Shown: piece after piece, positions 1-9,584 of the stretch
How the letters are laid out: every line of letters begins with the position of its first letter
How positions within the stretch are numbered: the stretch's first letter is position 1
From: an uncultured virus (IMG/VR IMGVR_UViG_3300025120_014373)
Lineage: Duplodnaviria > Heunggongvirae > Uroviricota > Caudoviricetes
Reading direction: 5' to 3' (one strand)
Length of the DNA: 57,419 bases
Virus record (IMG/VR): IMGVR_UViG_3300025120_014373
The notes under the pieces: generated by a model
Told to the model about the DNA's origin: nothing
Databases searched by the model: none
The model's input: the letters and a program-made list of their open reading frames with translations, nothing else
Translations under genes and position numbers: made by a program

Positions 1-1
1 A

Positions 2-814
2 AATCAATTTGGTGTTAAAGTAAATTATTACGTTAATACATATAATACACTAAGTGCAGATAACTTTTACGGTGAACAACCTACACAGACTTTTGCAGAT
101 CCAAGAAAAATTACTTTAGCAGTTACGTTAAATGAAAATGCAATTACTTTATCTAAATTTGGTTTTGAGAGTGACGATGAAGTAACTGCATATATTCATA
201 TATCTTCTTTTTATGATGAATTTTATACATTATCTTCAGTTTTTGAACCTTTTGGTTCTGAAAATATTGTAAATGGTAAAATACCTGAAGGTATTTATGA
301 TCGATATTTTCATTTCGGTCCAATCGTAGAGCCAAAAGCTGGTGATGTTTTTGAACTAACTGAATATGGTAACGATAGACCCAATAATAGACAGTCTAAA
401 TTTTTCGAAATTACTGAAAAATTAGATCAAGATATATCCCAAATTAATAATTTACAGGGCCATTATGTATTTTTATTAAAGGCAAAACGATTAGATTATA
501 GCTTTGAACCAAATATAGATTTCAATGATGTTAAAAATGATGTTAGATTTGCCGATATGTCTACCGATACAAGTCGGTTATCAGATCTTGCGACTGAAGA
601 TTTATATACTTTACAAGCTGGTTTATCATCAGGTGGGGAAAGAACCAATGATCAGGTTTATGAAGACAAATTTGCTGGTAGATTACCCGGTACAAACCCT
701 CCATCATTACCAAAAAGAGAAGATTATGAATTATATTCAGCTGATAATACCAGTAAAGAAGACGTTTTTGATATGTCAAGTAATGATACTGATGTATATG
801 GGGATTATTATTAA
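2..814 (+). CDS. gp14: Neck / head-tail connector protein, T4 gp14-like (5'-truncated by the window edge; the ORF track lists only its 557..814 tail)
   Basis: Open frame from position 2: NQFGVKVNYY...DNFYGEQPTQTF...LSKFGFESDDEVTAYIH...EPKAGDVF...FFEITE...YSFE, matching the gp14 motif order (GVxVxY, FGE, SKFG..DE, PxxGD, FEI, YS). Confidence 0.7.
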   Translation, partial: NQFGVKVNYYVNTYNTLSADNFYGEQPTQTFADPRKITLAVTLNENAITLSKFGFESDDEVTAYIHISSFYDEFYTLSSVFEPFGSENIVNGKIPEGIYDRYFHFGPIVEPKAGDVFELTEYGNDRPNNRQSKFFEITEKLDQDISQINNLQGHYVFLLKAKRLDYSFEPNIDFNDVKNDVRFADMSTDTSRLSDLATEDLYTLQAGLSSGGERTNDQVYEDKFAGRLPGTNPPSLPKREDYELYSADNTSKEDVFDMSSNDTDVYGDYY

Positions 815-1029
815 ATAGCAATTTGCTGTAACCAGTCTTCTGCTTGTTTAAAGGATTTAAATTTAATTTCTTTTTTATCCCCGTCAATTGAAAATGTATA
901 AGTTACTGTATCTTCATTTAATCTTTTAATATCGTGAAGTATATACAATTTATTTTTTTTAAATAATCTTGTATTAGTCCCAGTTCTATTAATAAACGTC
1001 ATCCCAGGGATAAATTTCATCTGTATCAA
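811..1029 (-). CDS. Hypothetical protein
   Basis: 72-aa ORF, last of an overlapping minus-strand gene chain; its stop overlaps the gp14 stop. Confidence 0.6.
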   Translation of the reverse strand: MIQMKFIPGMTFINRTGTNTRLFKKNKLYILHDIKRLNEDTVTYTFSIDGDKKEIKFKSFKQAEDWLQQIAI

Positions 1030-1252
1030 TTCCTTTCAAATATAGTTGAATATCATGTTTCATATCTAAGTATCTTTCGTCTACGTATTTTTGAAATGCT
1101 GTAGGTTTTATCCAAGCTGAACTATATTCAGAGTCATGACCTATTCTTTCAGCTCTACTACAAGCTACATTAACACCTTCATATAAACACGCAAATCTTG
1201 CAACAAAATCTATACCGTATTCTTGAATTATATCATCAGTCTTTTTTATCAT
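989..1252 (-). CDS. Hypothetical protein
   Basis: 87-aa ORF overlapping both neighbours in a coupled chain. Confidence 0.65.
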   Translation of the reverse strand: MIKKTDDIIQEYGIDFVARFACLYEGVNVACSRAERIGHDSEYSSAWIKPTAFQKYVDERYLDMKHDIQLYLKGIDTDEIYPWDDVY

Positions 1253-1652
1253 ACATAGATTGTATCACAGTTCCTACTAAAAATGTAACTAATCTATCTT
1301 CATCAATACCGTAAAGATTAATAATTTCTTTTATATTATAGATATTAGCTGAAAGAATTTTTTTATTTAAATTAAAAAATGAATTATCTAAATCTTTATT
1401 ATTTTTAGTTTCAAGTTTACTAATTTCCTCTTCAATTAATTTAAAAAAAGTTTCTAAGAATTTAAGTTTTTTATTTTTTTGATAAACTCTACCGGTAACC
1501 AATTGGGTTTTCTTATCATTATCTTCACCGGTGAAGAAATCTACTATTTGTTCTATATTTATCTCTGTTACACCATTAACTGGTTGTAATGATGTACTGG
1601 GTATATCAGTAGCAATTTTATCAGCAATTCTATCTATCTCATTTTCATCCAT
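1236..1652 (-). CDS. Hypothetical protein
   Basis: 138-aa ORF; start overlaps the upstream stop (TAATG). Confidence 0.7.
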   Translation of the reverse strand: MDENEIDRIADKIATDIPSTSLQPVNGVTEINIEQIVDFFTGEDNDKKTQLVTGRVYQKNKKLKFLETFFKLIEEEISKLETKNNKDLDNSFFNLNKKILSANIYNIKEIINLYGIDEDRLVTFLVGTVIQSMYDKKD

Positions 1653-2014
1653 TAACTTTTTGTAACTAACGGGGTGGTAACTAATGCAGTACCAATACTG
1701 GTAGTAGCCCTTATTTCATTTTTACAATCATTGCAACGATATATAGTATCTTCAGTTAATGATAATATGACATCTTGAGAAGATCCGCACGGGCAGTTTA
1801 CTTTAATTGTATTATCATATTTTGCTTTTTCTGCTAGTGAATTAATTTCAAGAGCTTTTTTTATAAGAAAATTTTCATATACTGAATTAAAGAAATAAAA
1901 GAATAAAATTTGCAATATAGTAACTAACCCAAAAACTAACCAATCTCTAAAGAGTATACCAAATATACCACTAACTAAAAAGGTTAATGTTAACGACGTT
2001 ATTAGTTTCTTCAT
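1652..2014 (-). CDS. Membrane protein with C-terminal zinc-ribbon-like motif
   Basis: Two N-terminal hydrophobic helices, then CPCG...CNDC. Confidence 0.65.
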   Translation of the reverse strand: MKKLITSLTLTFLVSGIFGILFRDWLVFGLVTILQILFFYFFNSVYENFLIKKALEINSLAEKAKYDNTIKVNCPCGSSQDVILSLTEDTIYRCNDCKNEIRATTSIGTALVTTPLVTKS

Positions 2015-2394
2015 TATTTTATTTTACTAACCTTTTTACTAATATCAACTAATTTACCTTTTAATTCAATTATCTCTTTACTAATACTACTTAACGGTTT
2101 TTTATCTTTAATAACAGAGTTAGTACCTGCATGCTTTAATAGCTCTTCTAAATTTTGTAAAGATACAAATGTATTGGCCACAACATCATCAAATTCATTT
2201 AATGGGTATGGTATATTTTCTGGAGCGACATCACTTCGATTCTGTCTGTTCATAATATCTTCAACACTGGATGGTTGGGATGGATACTCTGTTTTTTGAC
2301 CTGATTGGTCTCTTACGACGTCGGGCATTATTTCTTGCCCAGCGTCTTCTTTAATTACTTTTACAAAGTCTTCAAGTTTTTTGTATGATTGCAT
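2014..2394 (-). CDS. Hypothetical late protein
   Basis: 126-aa ORF; TATAAATA on the minus strand 5 nt upstream of the ATG. Confidence 0.7.
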   Translation of the reverse strand: MQSYKKLEDFVKVIKEDAGQEIMPDVVRDQSGQKTEYPSQPSSVEDIMNRQNRSDVAPENIPYPLNEFDDVVANTFVSLQNLEELLKHAGTNSVIKDKKPLSSISKEIIELKGKLVDISKKVSKIK

Positions 2395-2399
2395 ATAAA

Positions 2400-2411
2400 T
2401 ATTTATAAATA
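2400..2411. promoter_or_regulatory. Divergent pair of overlapping T4-type late promoters (TATAAATA on both strands)
   Basis: TATTTATAAATA gives TATAAATA at 2404-2411 (+) and 2400-2407 (-), each exactly 5 nt before an ATG (2417 and 2394). Confidence 0.8.
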
Positions 2412-2416
2412 ATAGT

Positions 2417-2833
2417 ATGAGCTTATACCAAAAACGATTTAAAAAGTTTTTATCTGAACAAGATGATGAAAATACCGAGTTAACAGATCAAGAAGCAATG
2501 GCTTCTACGCTTGAACCTGAGACATCTCCTGAAGATTTCGATGTTGAAGCTCCAGCTGGAGGTGAAGGAGCCATCGGTGCTCAATCAAAACAAATGTTTG
2601 AAGAATTAAATGGTTGGATTTCTGAGATGGATAGATTTTCAGATTATTTAAATGGTACAGCAGATAGTATCCAAACTTCATTAAATGCTGCTGAACCAGA
2701 TACTATTTTTGATAGTATATCAAATTCTGAAACAAAGAAGATTGCAAGAGTTGCAATGGAAATATCATCACTAAGTGAAATCTTAAAAGGTTACTTAGCA
2801 GGGGCTAATGATCCAAAATATAAATTTAACTAA
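2417..2833 (+). CDS. Acidic late protein, putative head-associated protein
   Basis: Late promoter upstream; N-terminus MSLYQKRFKKFLSEQ resembles the T4 capsid-targeting leader. Confidence 0.6.
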   Translation: MSLYQKRFKKFLSEQDDENTELTDQEAMASTLEPETSPEDFDVEAPAGGEGAIGAQSKQMFEELNGWISEMDRFSDYLNGTADSIQTSLNAAEPDTIFDSISNSETKKIARVAMEISSLSEILKGYLAGANDPKYKFN

Positions 2834-2837
2834 TTAT

Positions 2838-3422
2838 ATGAAAATCGATCAAAATTTAATTTTCGAAGCTTATACACAAACTTTAACTGAAGGTTGGGAA
2901 GCTGGTACTTCTAAAGCTCCAAAAGGTAAATCATATGATATGTCACGTGGTGGTGCTCCAAGTAATGTAGACGCTGCAAGAGATGGTTCAGGTGGTAGAT
3001 ATAGAAAAACTCGACCTCCAAGTGCTCAATCTAATAAGACTCACGGTGAAATGGAAGAAGATAACTTAGATAATACATCTCTTGAAGAATTGTCTATTTT
3101 ATCTCCTGAAGAGTATGAAATGGTACAAAACTTTGAAAATTTTAATGCTGATGATTGGGGATATAATAAACTTCAAAAATTCTACTTTAGAAAAAGAGAA
3201 GGTGGGGAAGATGAAGAAAATGATCAATATGTACCTGAAGAAGATGAATCAGTAGGTGATTCTTCTGATTTTGAAGATAAGGCTGAAAAGTTCGCTGATT
3301 CTATTGGAGATGCTGAGTTAGAATACTTAGTTAATCTAAGTGGTGGTGAATTTGAGATATTAAAAGGATTTTTACAAGATCAAATGGGTTACCGAGATCT
3401 CGGTCAATATAAACGTAACTAA
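2838..3422 (+). CDS. Acidic late protein, putative head-associated (start likely 2838 rather than 2808)
   Basis: MKIDQNLIFEAYTQTLTEG leader with LxE sites; Glu/Asp-rich. Confidence 0.6.
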   Translation: MKIDQNLIFEAYTQTLTEGWEAGTSKAPKGKSYDMSRGGAPSNVDAARDGSGGRYRKTRPPSAQSNKTHGEMEEDNLDNTSLEELSILSPEEYEMVQNFENFNADDWGYNKLQKFYFRKREGGEDEENDQYVPEEDESVGDSSDFEDKAEKFADSIGDAELEYLVNLSGGEFEILKGFLQDQMGYRDLGQYKRN

Positions 3423-4450
3423 CTATTTTTAATTTCAGTTAATAATAATTTAGCTTTAAGACCTGAATGAGTATTTTTTAATATAAATTCAGGTTTTATT
3501 TTGTCTTTATTACCAGCTACACATATATCATTAAAGTCTTTAAAACGCTTTAATTCTTTAGGCCATATAAAAACCTTTTCATTATTATCAACTAATATGA
3601 TACTCTTACTTAAAGCAGCTTTATCGCAGTACTGGTTATCTAATACATAAATCTTTTCATATAAGTTTAGTTTATTGATCTGCTCCTTCTGTAAACTAGT
3701 AAACATCTTATCACTTCTTTCAGTAATACCGCAAGTAGCTAAACCGTTTTCTACAAAATAACTATCAATCGGACCTTCAAATATAAACACGTTATCTAAA
3801 TTAGAATTTATGTTTTGTATACCATATAAGCTTCTTTCTGCTCCTACCTTACTAAGGTATTTTGGTCTTTCAAATAGATCTTTTTTAGTTAACCCTCTAG
3901 ATTGATAAAATATTATATCATGATTTTCATCATAAAACGGTAATATCAATCTATTTTTATGAACCACATCTTTCAATGACACATAAAATGTTTTAGGTTT
4001 ATTAATACCTTTATCTAATTTTCTATCTCTAATTAATTGTAAAGCTATTTTTACAACTGTATTATCTTTATAGTACTCAATTTGACTTGCATCAGATAAA
4101 TTAATGCAATCTTCCGGTAGACTTTTATCTATTACCTTTTTTACTTCTTTAGGTTCTTCTATAGGTAAAATCTCTATATCAAACTCTTTAACTTCATTTA
4201 TAATTTCATGTAAAGATTTATTCGTTACTTCAGTTATAAATGTAAGAGCCTTTTTACTATATCCACAGTTATGACAATATGCTAACTCTTTATCAGGTAT
4301 ATAATAGAATCGTTTTTTCTTACCCCACGAATTACCTTCCTTGCAAATAGGGCAACAACCGTTATACGATTTATTGTATTTATTATATGAGATCTTATAG
4401 ATATTCTCATATAAAACGTTTACAACGTATTGCTCTGGTATAACTATCAC
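3419..4450 (-). CDS. gp61: DNA primase, T4 gp61-like
   Basis: N-terminal Zn finger CPIC...CHNCG; TOPRIM motifs FEGPIDS and LDN; GTG start. Confidence 0.92.
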   Translation of the reverse strand: MIVIPEQYVVNVLYENIYKISYNKYNKSYNGCCPICKEGNSWGKKKRFYYIPDKELAYCHNCGYSKKALTFITEVTNKSLHEIINEVKEFDIEILPIEEPKEVKKVIDKSLPEDCINLSDASQIEYYKDNTVVKIALQLIRDRKLDKGINKPKTFYVSLKDVVHKNRLILPFYDENHDIIFYQSRGLTKKDLFERPKYLSKVGAERSLYGIQNINSNLDNVFIFEGPIDSYFVENGLATCGITERSDKMFTSLQKEQINKLNLYEKIYVLDNQYCDKAALSKSIILVDNNEKVFIWPKELKRFKDFNDICVAGNKDKIKPEFILKNTHSGLKAKLLLTEIKNS

Positions 4451-4456
4451 ATTATA

Positions 4457-4484
4457 ATTATAAATGCAATATGCTATATTTCAA
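4457..4484 (-). promoter_or_regulatory. Sigma70-type promoter for the primase gene
   Basis: TTGAAA-N16-TATAAT, 6 nt before the GTG. Confidence 0.7.
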
Positions 4485-4486
4485 GT

Positions 4487-4732
4487 CTATCTTCTGCTTT
4501 GTGTGGTCATACTTTGACTTAAAGCACTTTTATAATCTTGTATAACTTCACCAGTTTTCGAATCTTTAATAGAAATTAAACCTTTTTTAATAATATGACC
4601 GGTAGTTGGGTCAGACATTACTGCTTGTTCATACGTTTTACCGTTAGCATCGTAAGTACTATAAACAGGTCTTACTGTATCACCAGTATACGGTGAGCGG
4701 ATTTGCTGTGGATTAATAAATTGATCTTGCAT
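4487..4732 (-). CDS. Hypothetical protein
   Basis: 81-aa ORF; CTTAAATA 5 nt upstream. Confidence 0.65.
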   Translation of the reverse strand: MQDQFINPQQIRSPYTGDTVRPVYSTYDANGKTYEQAVMSDPTTGHIIKKGLISIKDSKTGEVIQDYKSALSQSMTTQSRR

Positions 4733-4740
4733 ATTAATAT

Positions 4741-5625
4741 TTAAGATAACAACTCTAATAATCTATTTTTCTGGAAAAATGTTGTATACCATTTTGTATC
4801 ATTTTTAAGAATTTGACTTAAATTATAATCTTTACTTAATTTTTTAAACTGTTCATAGTCCGTCTCATGTTCAATTTCAGATAACTGATTAACTACATAT
4901 TCCTTTTCATCTTTATCATCAGTCAATGTAACTAATTCTAAATTTCTTTTATATATATCGTTTTCCTTTTCGGTCAAAACTACATCACCAGCTAGAAACT
5001 TTTTTACTTTAACTTTACCGAAACCTTTTAAACCAGGTATATTATCACTTTTATCACCAGTTAATGCCTTTACTTTAATAAAATCTGTTATATTGTAGTT
5101 TAGCACTTCTTCAAAATTTTCTTTATTAATTTCAACCTTTTTTATCGGATCATATACAGAGACTTTATTTGATATTAACTGGCATAGATCTTTATCCACT
5201 GTAATAATAATATGTTTGAATAATTTTTTAGTTAAATAAAATTTAGTCTGGCTTAATTTATCGTATGCGTCGTTAATTATCTTAATAACGTCATCAGCTT
5301 CATATGACCTAGGAAATATTGACGGTATACCTAATGTATTTAGCATTTCTTTAATCATTTCATTCTTATTATGTACCTCTTTACCGTACTCTGGATCCCG
5401 ATTTCCTTTATAATCTTGTAAGAGTTCCTTACGTTTATTAGGTCTATAGTCTGGTTTTTCGTCCCATACACATAAAACTTTATCTGGTTGGTACATTTCC
5501 ACATAACTCTTAACGCTATTTAGGAACATATAAACATGGTAGTTTTCTGAAACATTTTTAATGTTATTTGCAACCCAATACACTCGATGCACTAGATTAT
5601 TTCCGTCTATTGTCAGTATTTTCAT
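4741..5625 (-). CDS. rnh: RNase H / 5'-3' flap exonuclease, T4 rnh-like
   Basis: IDGNNL, YKGNR, YEADD, DKDLCQL, GDKSDNIPG motifs. Confidence 0.93.
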   Translation of the reverse strand: MKILTIDGNNLVHRVYWVANNIKNVSENYHVYMFLNSVKSYVEMYQPDKVLCVWDEKPDYRPNKRKELLQDYKGNRDPEYGKEVHNKNEMIKEMLNTLGIPSIFPRSYEADDVIKIINDAYDKLSQTKFYLTKKLFKHIIITVDKDLCQLISNKVSVYDPIKKVEINKENFEEVLNYNITDFIKVKALTGDKSDNIPGLKGFGKVKVKKFLAGDVVLTEKENDIYKRNLELVTLTDDKDEKEYVVNQLSEIEHETDYEQFKKLSKDYNLSQILKNDTKWYTTFFQKNRLLELLS

Positions 5626-5875
5626 TCTTTTTATATTGGTCCATTATAACTTTATGCACGTATTTAGGAACTTTTTCAACAAATTTAATTATTTCCTTTT
5701 TCAAACCATCGTCAAAATCTTTCTGAGATATTTTTGTCGTAATCATTTCAGGCATTCTAAGAAAATTATACGTCTGTTCCTTTTTATCCCGGCAAATAAA
5801 TGCAAATAACTGACCTGCATATTCACCGTGATGGCATGCATATATATTACCCACTTTAATCTTGTTTTTTTCCAT
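5597..5875 (-). CDS. Hypothetical protein
   Basis: 92-aa ORF in an overlapping chain. Confidence 0.6.
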   Translation of the reverse strand: MEKNKIKVGNIYACHHGEYAGQLFAFICRDKKEQTYNFLRMPEMITTKISQKDFDDGLKKEIIKFVEKVPKYVHKVIMDQYKKNENTDNRRK

Positions 5876-6818
5876 AAATTTTAACTAATTCTTTCAATTG
5901 CGTGTCGAAATCATTATAAAGTGGTTCGTACAGTAGTTCTTTTTGAATTTTATCACAATTAATACTATATCTGAAGTCATGACCAAGTCTATCTTTAACA
6001 AAAATGACGTTTTTATCTAGATCCTTACCCATAATTGTACATATCTTATCTACTAATTCAATATTTGATAGTTCTATACCAGATCCGATATTATAAACTT
6101 CATTTTTACCTTGTGTTGCAACTGACCACACTGCAAGGTTATGATCATGTACATGTACCCACTCACGAACGTTTAAACCTTCACCATAAATTGGTACTTT
6201 CTTACCTTCACTTAAAGATTTTATAATAGTTGGTATAAATTTTTCGTTATGTTGGTTCGGTCCATAATTATTACAACATCTCGTTATACTTATGTTACAA
6301 TCGAACGTTTCAATATATGACTTACACAAGAGATCGCTTGATGCCTTACTTGCAGCATAGGGAGAACGAGGTGCAATCGGGGTTAACTCAGTAAATGAAG
6401 GATCATTGAACCTTAAATGTCCATATACTTCATCAGTACTTATATGGATGAATCTTCCGTGATTATTATTAATTTTACGGAAACATTCTAGCATATTTTG
6501 TGTACCGAGCACATTTGATTCGATAAAAACCTTTGGACCACTAATACTGTTATCAACATGTGATTCTGCTGCAAAATGGAAAATATAATCAAACTTATCA
6601 TTAGTTAAAAAAACGTTTTCTAACTCTAATGTATTGATAATGTCTAATTTATACTCTTTATCACATAAACCTTTTACATAATCTTTATTCGATGCGTAAC
6701 CATCTTTATCTATACACGTTATCTTATGCTGTGGAAAGTTATCTCGTAGGAATCGTATAAAATTACCACCTATAAATCCATAACCCCCGGTTACTAATAT
6801 ATTTTTATTTTTTTGCAT
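5856..6818 (-). CDS. rmlB: dTDP-glucose 4,6-dehydratase
   Basis: TGGYGFIG, FAAESHVDNSI, HISTDEVYG, SPYAASK, NNYGPNQHNEKFIP, DRLGHDFRY. Confidence 0.93.
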   Translation of the reverse strand: MQKNKNILVTGGYGFIGGNFIRFLRDNFPQHKITCIDKDGYASNKDYVKGLCDKEYKLDIINTLELENVFLTNDKFDYIFHFAAESHVDNSISGPKVFIESNVLGTQNMLECFRKINNNHGRFIHISTDEVYGHLRFNDPSFTELTPIAPRSPYAASKASSDLLCKSYIETFDCNISITRCCNNYGPNQHNEKFIPTIIKSLSEGKKVPIYGEGLNVREWVHVHDHNLAVWSVATQGKNEVYNIGSGIELSNIELVDKICTIMGKDLDKNVIFVKDRLGHDFRYSINCDKIQKELLYEPLYNDFDTQLKELVKIYGKKQD

Positions 6819-7251
6819 TTTTTATAATATCTGGATTTTGCTTTATCGTCTGAGCAGTTATTAGATCCTTTATTTTTGTCGTTGACCATTCATGTGATCT
6901 AGTTGTATAAATTACTTTTGGAGGTAAATCATCTCCGGTAAATGATTTACCAATATAATCTTCTCCTAAAATTCTAATATCAGGCTTAAAAAACTCAATT
7001 AAGTTAATTAAATCTTCTTCAGTTTGATACATATAAACATCGTCAACATATTGAATAGCCATTAATGTCTTATATCTTTCATAGTAAGGTATAACGGGTT
7101 TATATTTTGTATATCTAGTGGCTGAAGGGTCCTTTTGTAAAAATACTAAAAATTTATCACAATGTCTTTTTGCTTCTTCGAACGTATAAATGTAACCAGG
7201 ATGTAGTAAATCAAAGTTACCAGCTGTAAATCCTACTAATTCTTTTTCCAT
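6805..7251 (-). CDS. Cytidylyltransferase, TagD/glycerol-3-phosphate CT-like
   Basis: GNFDLLHPGY (HxGH variant), ILGEDY, TRSHEWSTT. Confidence 0.82.
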   Translation of the reverse strand: MEKELVGFTAGNFDLLHPGYIYTFEEAKRHCDKFLVFLQKDPSATRYTKYKPVIPYYERYKTLMAIQYVDDVYMYQTEEDLINLIEFFKPDIRILGEDYIGKSFTGDDLPPKVIYTTRSHEWSTTKIKDLITAQTIKQNPDIIKNAKK

Positions 7252-8114
7252 TTTAATTCCTTCCCAATTAAAGACGCGTTTAATCTTAAGTAATGTTCTT
7301 CTTTTCCAAAATCGAAATTAAAATCATCTTTAGCTTTTTGATTGGATAATACGCAATTACTTCTATTGCATTTTATTTCTAATTCATCATAAGGTATAAA
7401 CTTCCAATTATCATTTTTAATACCATATTCCTTTAAAATGTCAGTAACTTCTTCTGTACCTAATGAACTATTGTGAACTGCATTATATATACCAGCTTTA
7501 AAATTTTTCATTACAGTTTCAATAAATTCACATAGAACTACCATATCCGTTTTACTATTAACAAAATCAATTAAATTAGGGTAATTAATAAGTTTAGTTA
7601 ATAGATTTTTTTTAGTTAATTTACTTTCGATTGGCATTCTTATTCGAATAATATTAGTAAAATTAGTATCAAGCATTAATTCTGATATATGTTTCGTCTT
7701 ACTATAAAAACTTGAATGTCGCTGAAATATTCCAAAATTAGGTGTACATTCTTCTGTAAATTCCTTTTCATACCCTTCATATATACACCCTGAACCAATA
7801 TGAATGAAATTAATATCTAAAGATTTACAGATACTTTCAATACTTACCGGTACATTTACGTTATAAAAAAAGCAATCCTCTTTATTATCTTCACAACTAT
7901 CTACATTAGGTGAACCAGTATAGCCTGAAGCATTGATCACTGTTTCAATTTCTTCTGACAAACAAAAATTATACAATACTTCAGGGTTGGTATAATCTAA
8001 ATCTTTTTTAGATTTGCAGAATAAATTTATAGGTGTACCATCTAAAGATGCATTAATTAGATATGTTAGTAGATGGTTACCTACGTAACCCTTACCGAGT
8101 ATTAAAACATTCAT
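7236..8114 (-). CDS. NDP-4-keto-6-deoxyhexose reductase/epimerase (RmlD / NRS-ER-like SDR)
   Basis: GKGYVG, GYTGSPNVDSCE, GSGCIY, SFYSKTK, RIRMP, RSNCVL, typical of nucleotide-rhamnose synthase/epimerase-reductase. Confidence 0.82.
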   Translation of the reverse strand: MNVLILGKGYVGNHLLTYLINASLDGTPINLFCKSKKDLDYTNPEVLYNFCLSEEIETVINASGYTGSPNVDSCEDNKEDCFFYNVNVPVSIESICKSLDINFIHIGSGCIYEGYEKEFTEECTPNFGIFQRHSSFYSKTKHISELMLDTNFTNIIRIRMPIESKLTKKNLLTKLINYPNLIDFVNSKTDMVVLCEFIETVMKNFKAGIYNAVHNSSLGTEEVTDILKEYGIKNDNWKFIPYDELEIKCNRSNCVLSNQKAKDDFNFDFGKEEHYLRLNASLIGKELKWKKN

Positions 8115-8120
8115 ATATAT

Positions 8121-8148
8121 ATATTAGCTTAAAAAAACTAAAAATCAA
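8121..8148 (-). promoter_or_regulatory. Sigma70-type promoter for the rhamnose/RNase H operon
   Basis: TTGATT-N16-TAATAT, 6 nt before the ATG at 8114. Confidence 0.6.
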
Positions 8149-8468
8149 TGTATAGAATTCATTATAAATTTCTGTATATACTGAGTAAGGGCATCAGTAT
8201 CTATATCATTTTTTGCATAAAAAATAGGTTTTATAGAATTACCTTTAAAGTCGTACCCCATGATAACAAAGCATTTCATAAACTCAGCACATGTCGAGAT
8301 CATTGCTTCCATTTCATCATCAGTTTTTCTGCTATTAAATTTTTCTTGTACTATAGTTTTTAAAGCATCTCTTATTAAACTTTCAGTATCAGGGTCTATA
8401 TCTTTACTGACGAAATTTTTACCAACTAGATCTTCTTCGCTCTCGTTGTTTTCTTCATCGTCACTCAT
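8145..8468 (-). CDS. Hypothetical protein
   Basis: 107-aa ORF; ATTAAATA 5 nt upstream. Confidence 0.65.
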   Translation of the reverse strand: MSDDEENNESEEDLVGKNFVSKDIDPDTESLIRDALKTIVQEKFNSRKTDDEMEAMISTCAEFMKCFVIMGYDFKGNSIKPIFYAKNDIDTDALTQYIQKFIMNSIH

Positions 8469-8472
8469 TTAA

Positions 8473-8829
8473 TTATTTAATTCTACTAAATGGGTTTTTC
8501 GTTGGATCGTTATTGATACCTTTTTCAATTAGCTGATTTACAACAGCTTCTATGCTATCAGTTTTTAAGTAAAACCCTTTATTAAAGTTATTACCTCCGT
8601 CGTCGAATTCAAATAATACTTCACCTTTTTCATCTTTATTATTAAAACAGGTGATATACACACTATGGTAACCTGGGTCAACTAGTACAGACCATCTTCT
8701 TGGATCTACTTGTGAATATGCGTTAAACATTTTTAAAACGACAAAACCGTTATCTTTCAATCTCTTAATGAAATAACCTGCAGTTTTAATTTTATTTTTT
8801 ACTTTATGTTCTGACCAATCCTTCTTCAT
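8473..8829 (-). CDS. Hypothetical protein
   Basis: 118-aa ORF directly downstream of the clamp gene. Confidence 0.7.
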   Translation of the reverse strand: MKKDWSEHKVKNKIKTAGYFIKRLKDNGFVVLKMFNAYSQVDPRRWSVLVDPGYHSVYITCFNNKDEKGEVLFEFDDGGNNFNKGFYLKTDSIEAVVNQLIEKGINNDPTKNPFSRIK

Positions 8830-8832
8830 ATA

Positions 8833-9567
8833 TCAATTAATTAATGCGGAGATAATATAAATCAATTCACTATCACCCTTTTTAAAGTTACAAGTTATAA
8901 CACCCATATCTGTATTAACACTAAAGTTAACTTCACGACTACCTGCAAAACTTACTAAACGAAATGAATCGAAGTTCACCGGTAAAGGTTTAACTATATT
9001 GCCTTCAAAATTATCACTTAATAGACATACAAAGTTATCTGAATTATGTCTAGATCTATCACCTAACTCGCTATAAATTTTATTATCCTCTTCAAAAAGG
9101 TAAACCTTAGATGTTTCAGTGGCAAAACTACTACCTTTGAACAAAGTATTCAATTCACTTTCTTTAACGGTAAATTTAGTATTAAATTCAAGCTTTTTTA
9201 CCTTTTCAACATTTAAAGAAGGTTGCTTAATAATACCATCATCTAATAAATGATACTTAAACTTATAACCATTTTGATTATAAGATAGATTATTTTCATT
9301 TACCTTTAGCTCAATATCTACAGTAGGTATAATATCTAAAACTCTAATAAGTTTCTTAATATCAGGTAGATTTAAAGTTACATTATTAGGTATATCAGTA
9401 TCTACTTTCATCGATGATTTACACACTATAGTTGCATCTGCTGATGCTAACGTACAGCTTATAATATTATCTTCTACAGATAAAATACAAGCATCATTTA
9501 GATTTGAAACTGGACCTAAAAAATTAGATACAAAATCTTTTTTATTTTTTATTTTTAAATAACCCAT
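8833..9567 (-). CDS. gp45: DNA polymerase sliding clamp, gp45-like
   Basis: 244 aa, beta-rich two-domain pattern (LNLPDIKKLIRVL, FKYHLLDDGII, C-terminal YIISAL); replication-operon context. Confidence 0.65.
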   Translation of the reverse strand: MGYLKIKNKKDFVSNFLGPVSNLNDACILSVEDNIISCTLASADATIVCKSSMKVDTDIPNNVTLNLPDIKKLIRVLDIIPTVDIELKVNENNLSYNQNGYKFKYHLLDDGIIKQPSLNVEKVKKLEFNTKFTVKESELNTLFKGSSFATETSKVYLFEEDNKIYSELGDRSRHNSDNFVCLLSDNFEGNIVKPLPVNFDSFRLVSFAGSREVNFSVNTDMGVITCNFKKGDSELIYIISALIN

Positions 9568-9584
9568 AAACTATATCTATTATA

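Noticed and set aside
153..887. ORFs 153..335(-), 525..818(+) and 561..887(-)
   Set aside because: They are shadows of the long gp14-like frame (2..814), which has recognisable motifs.
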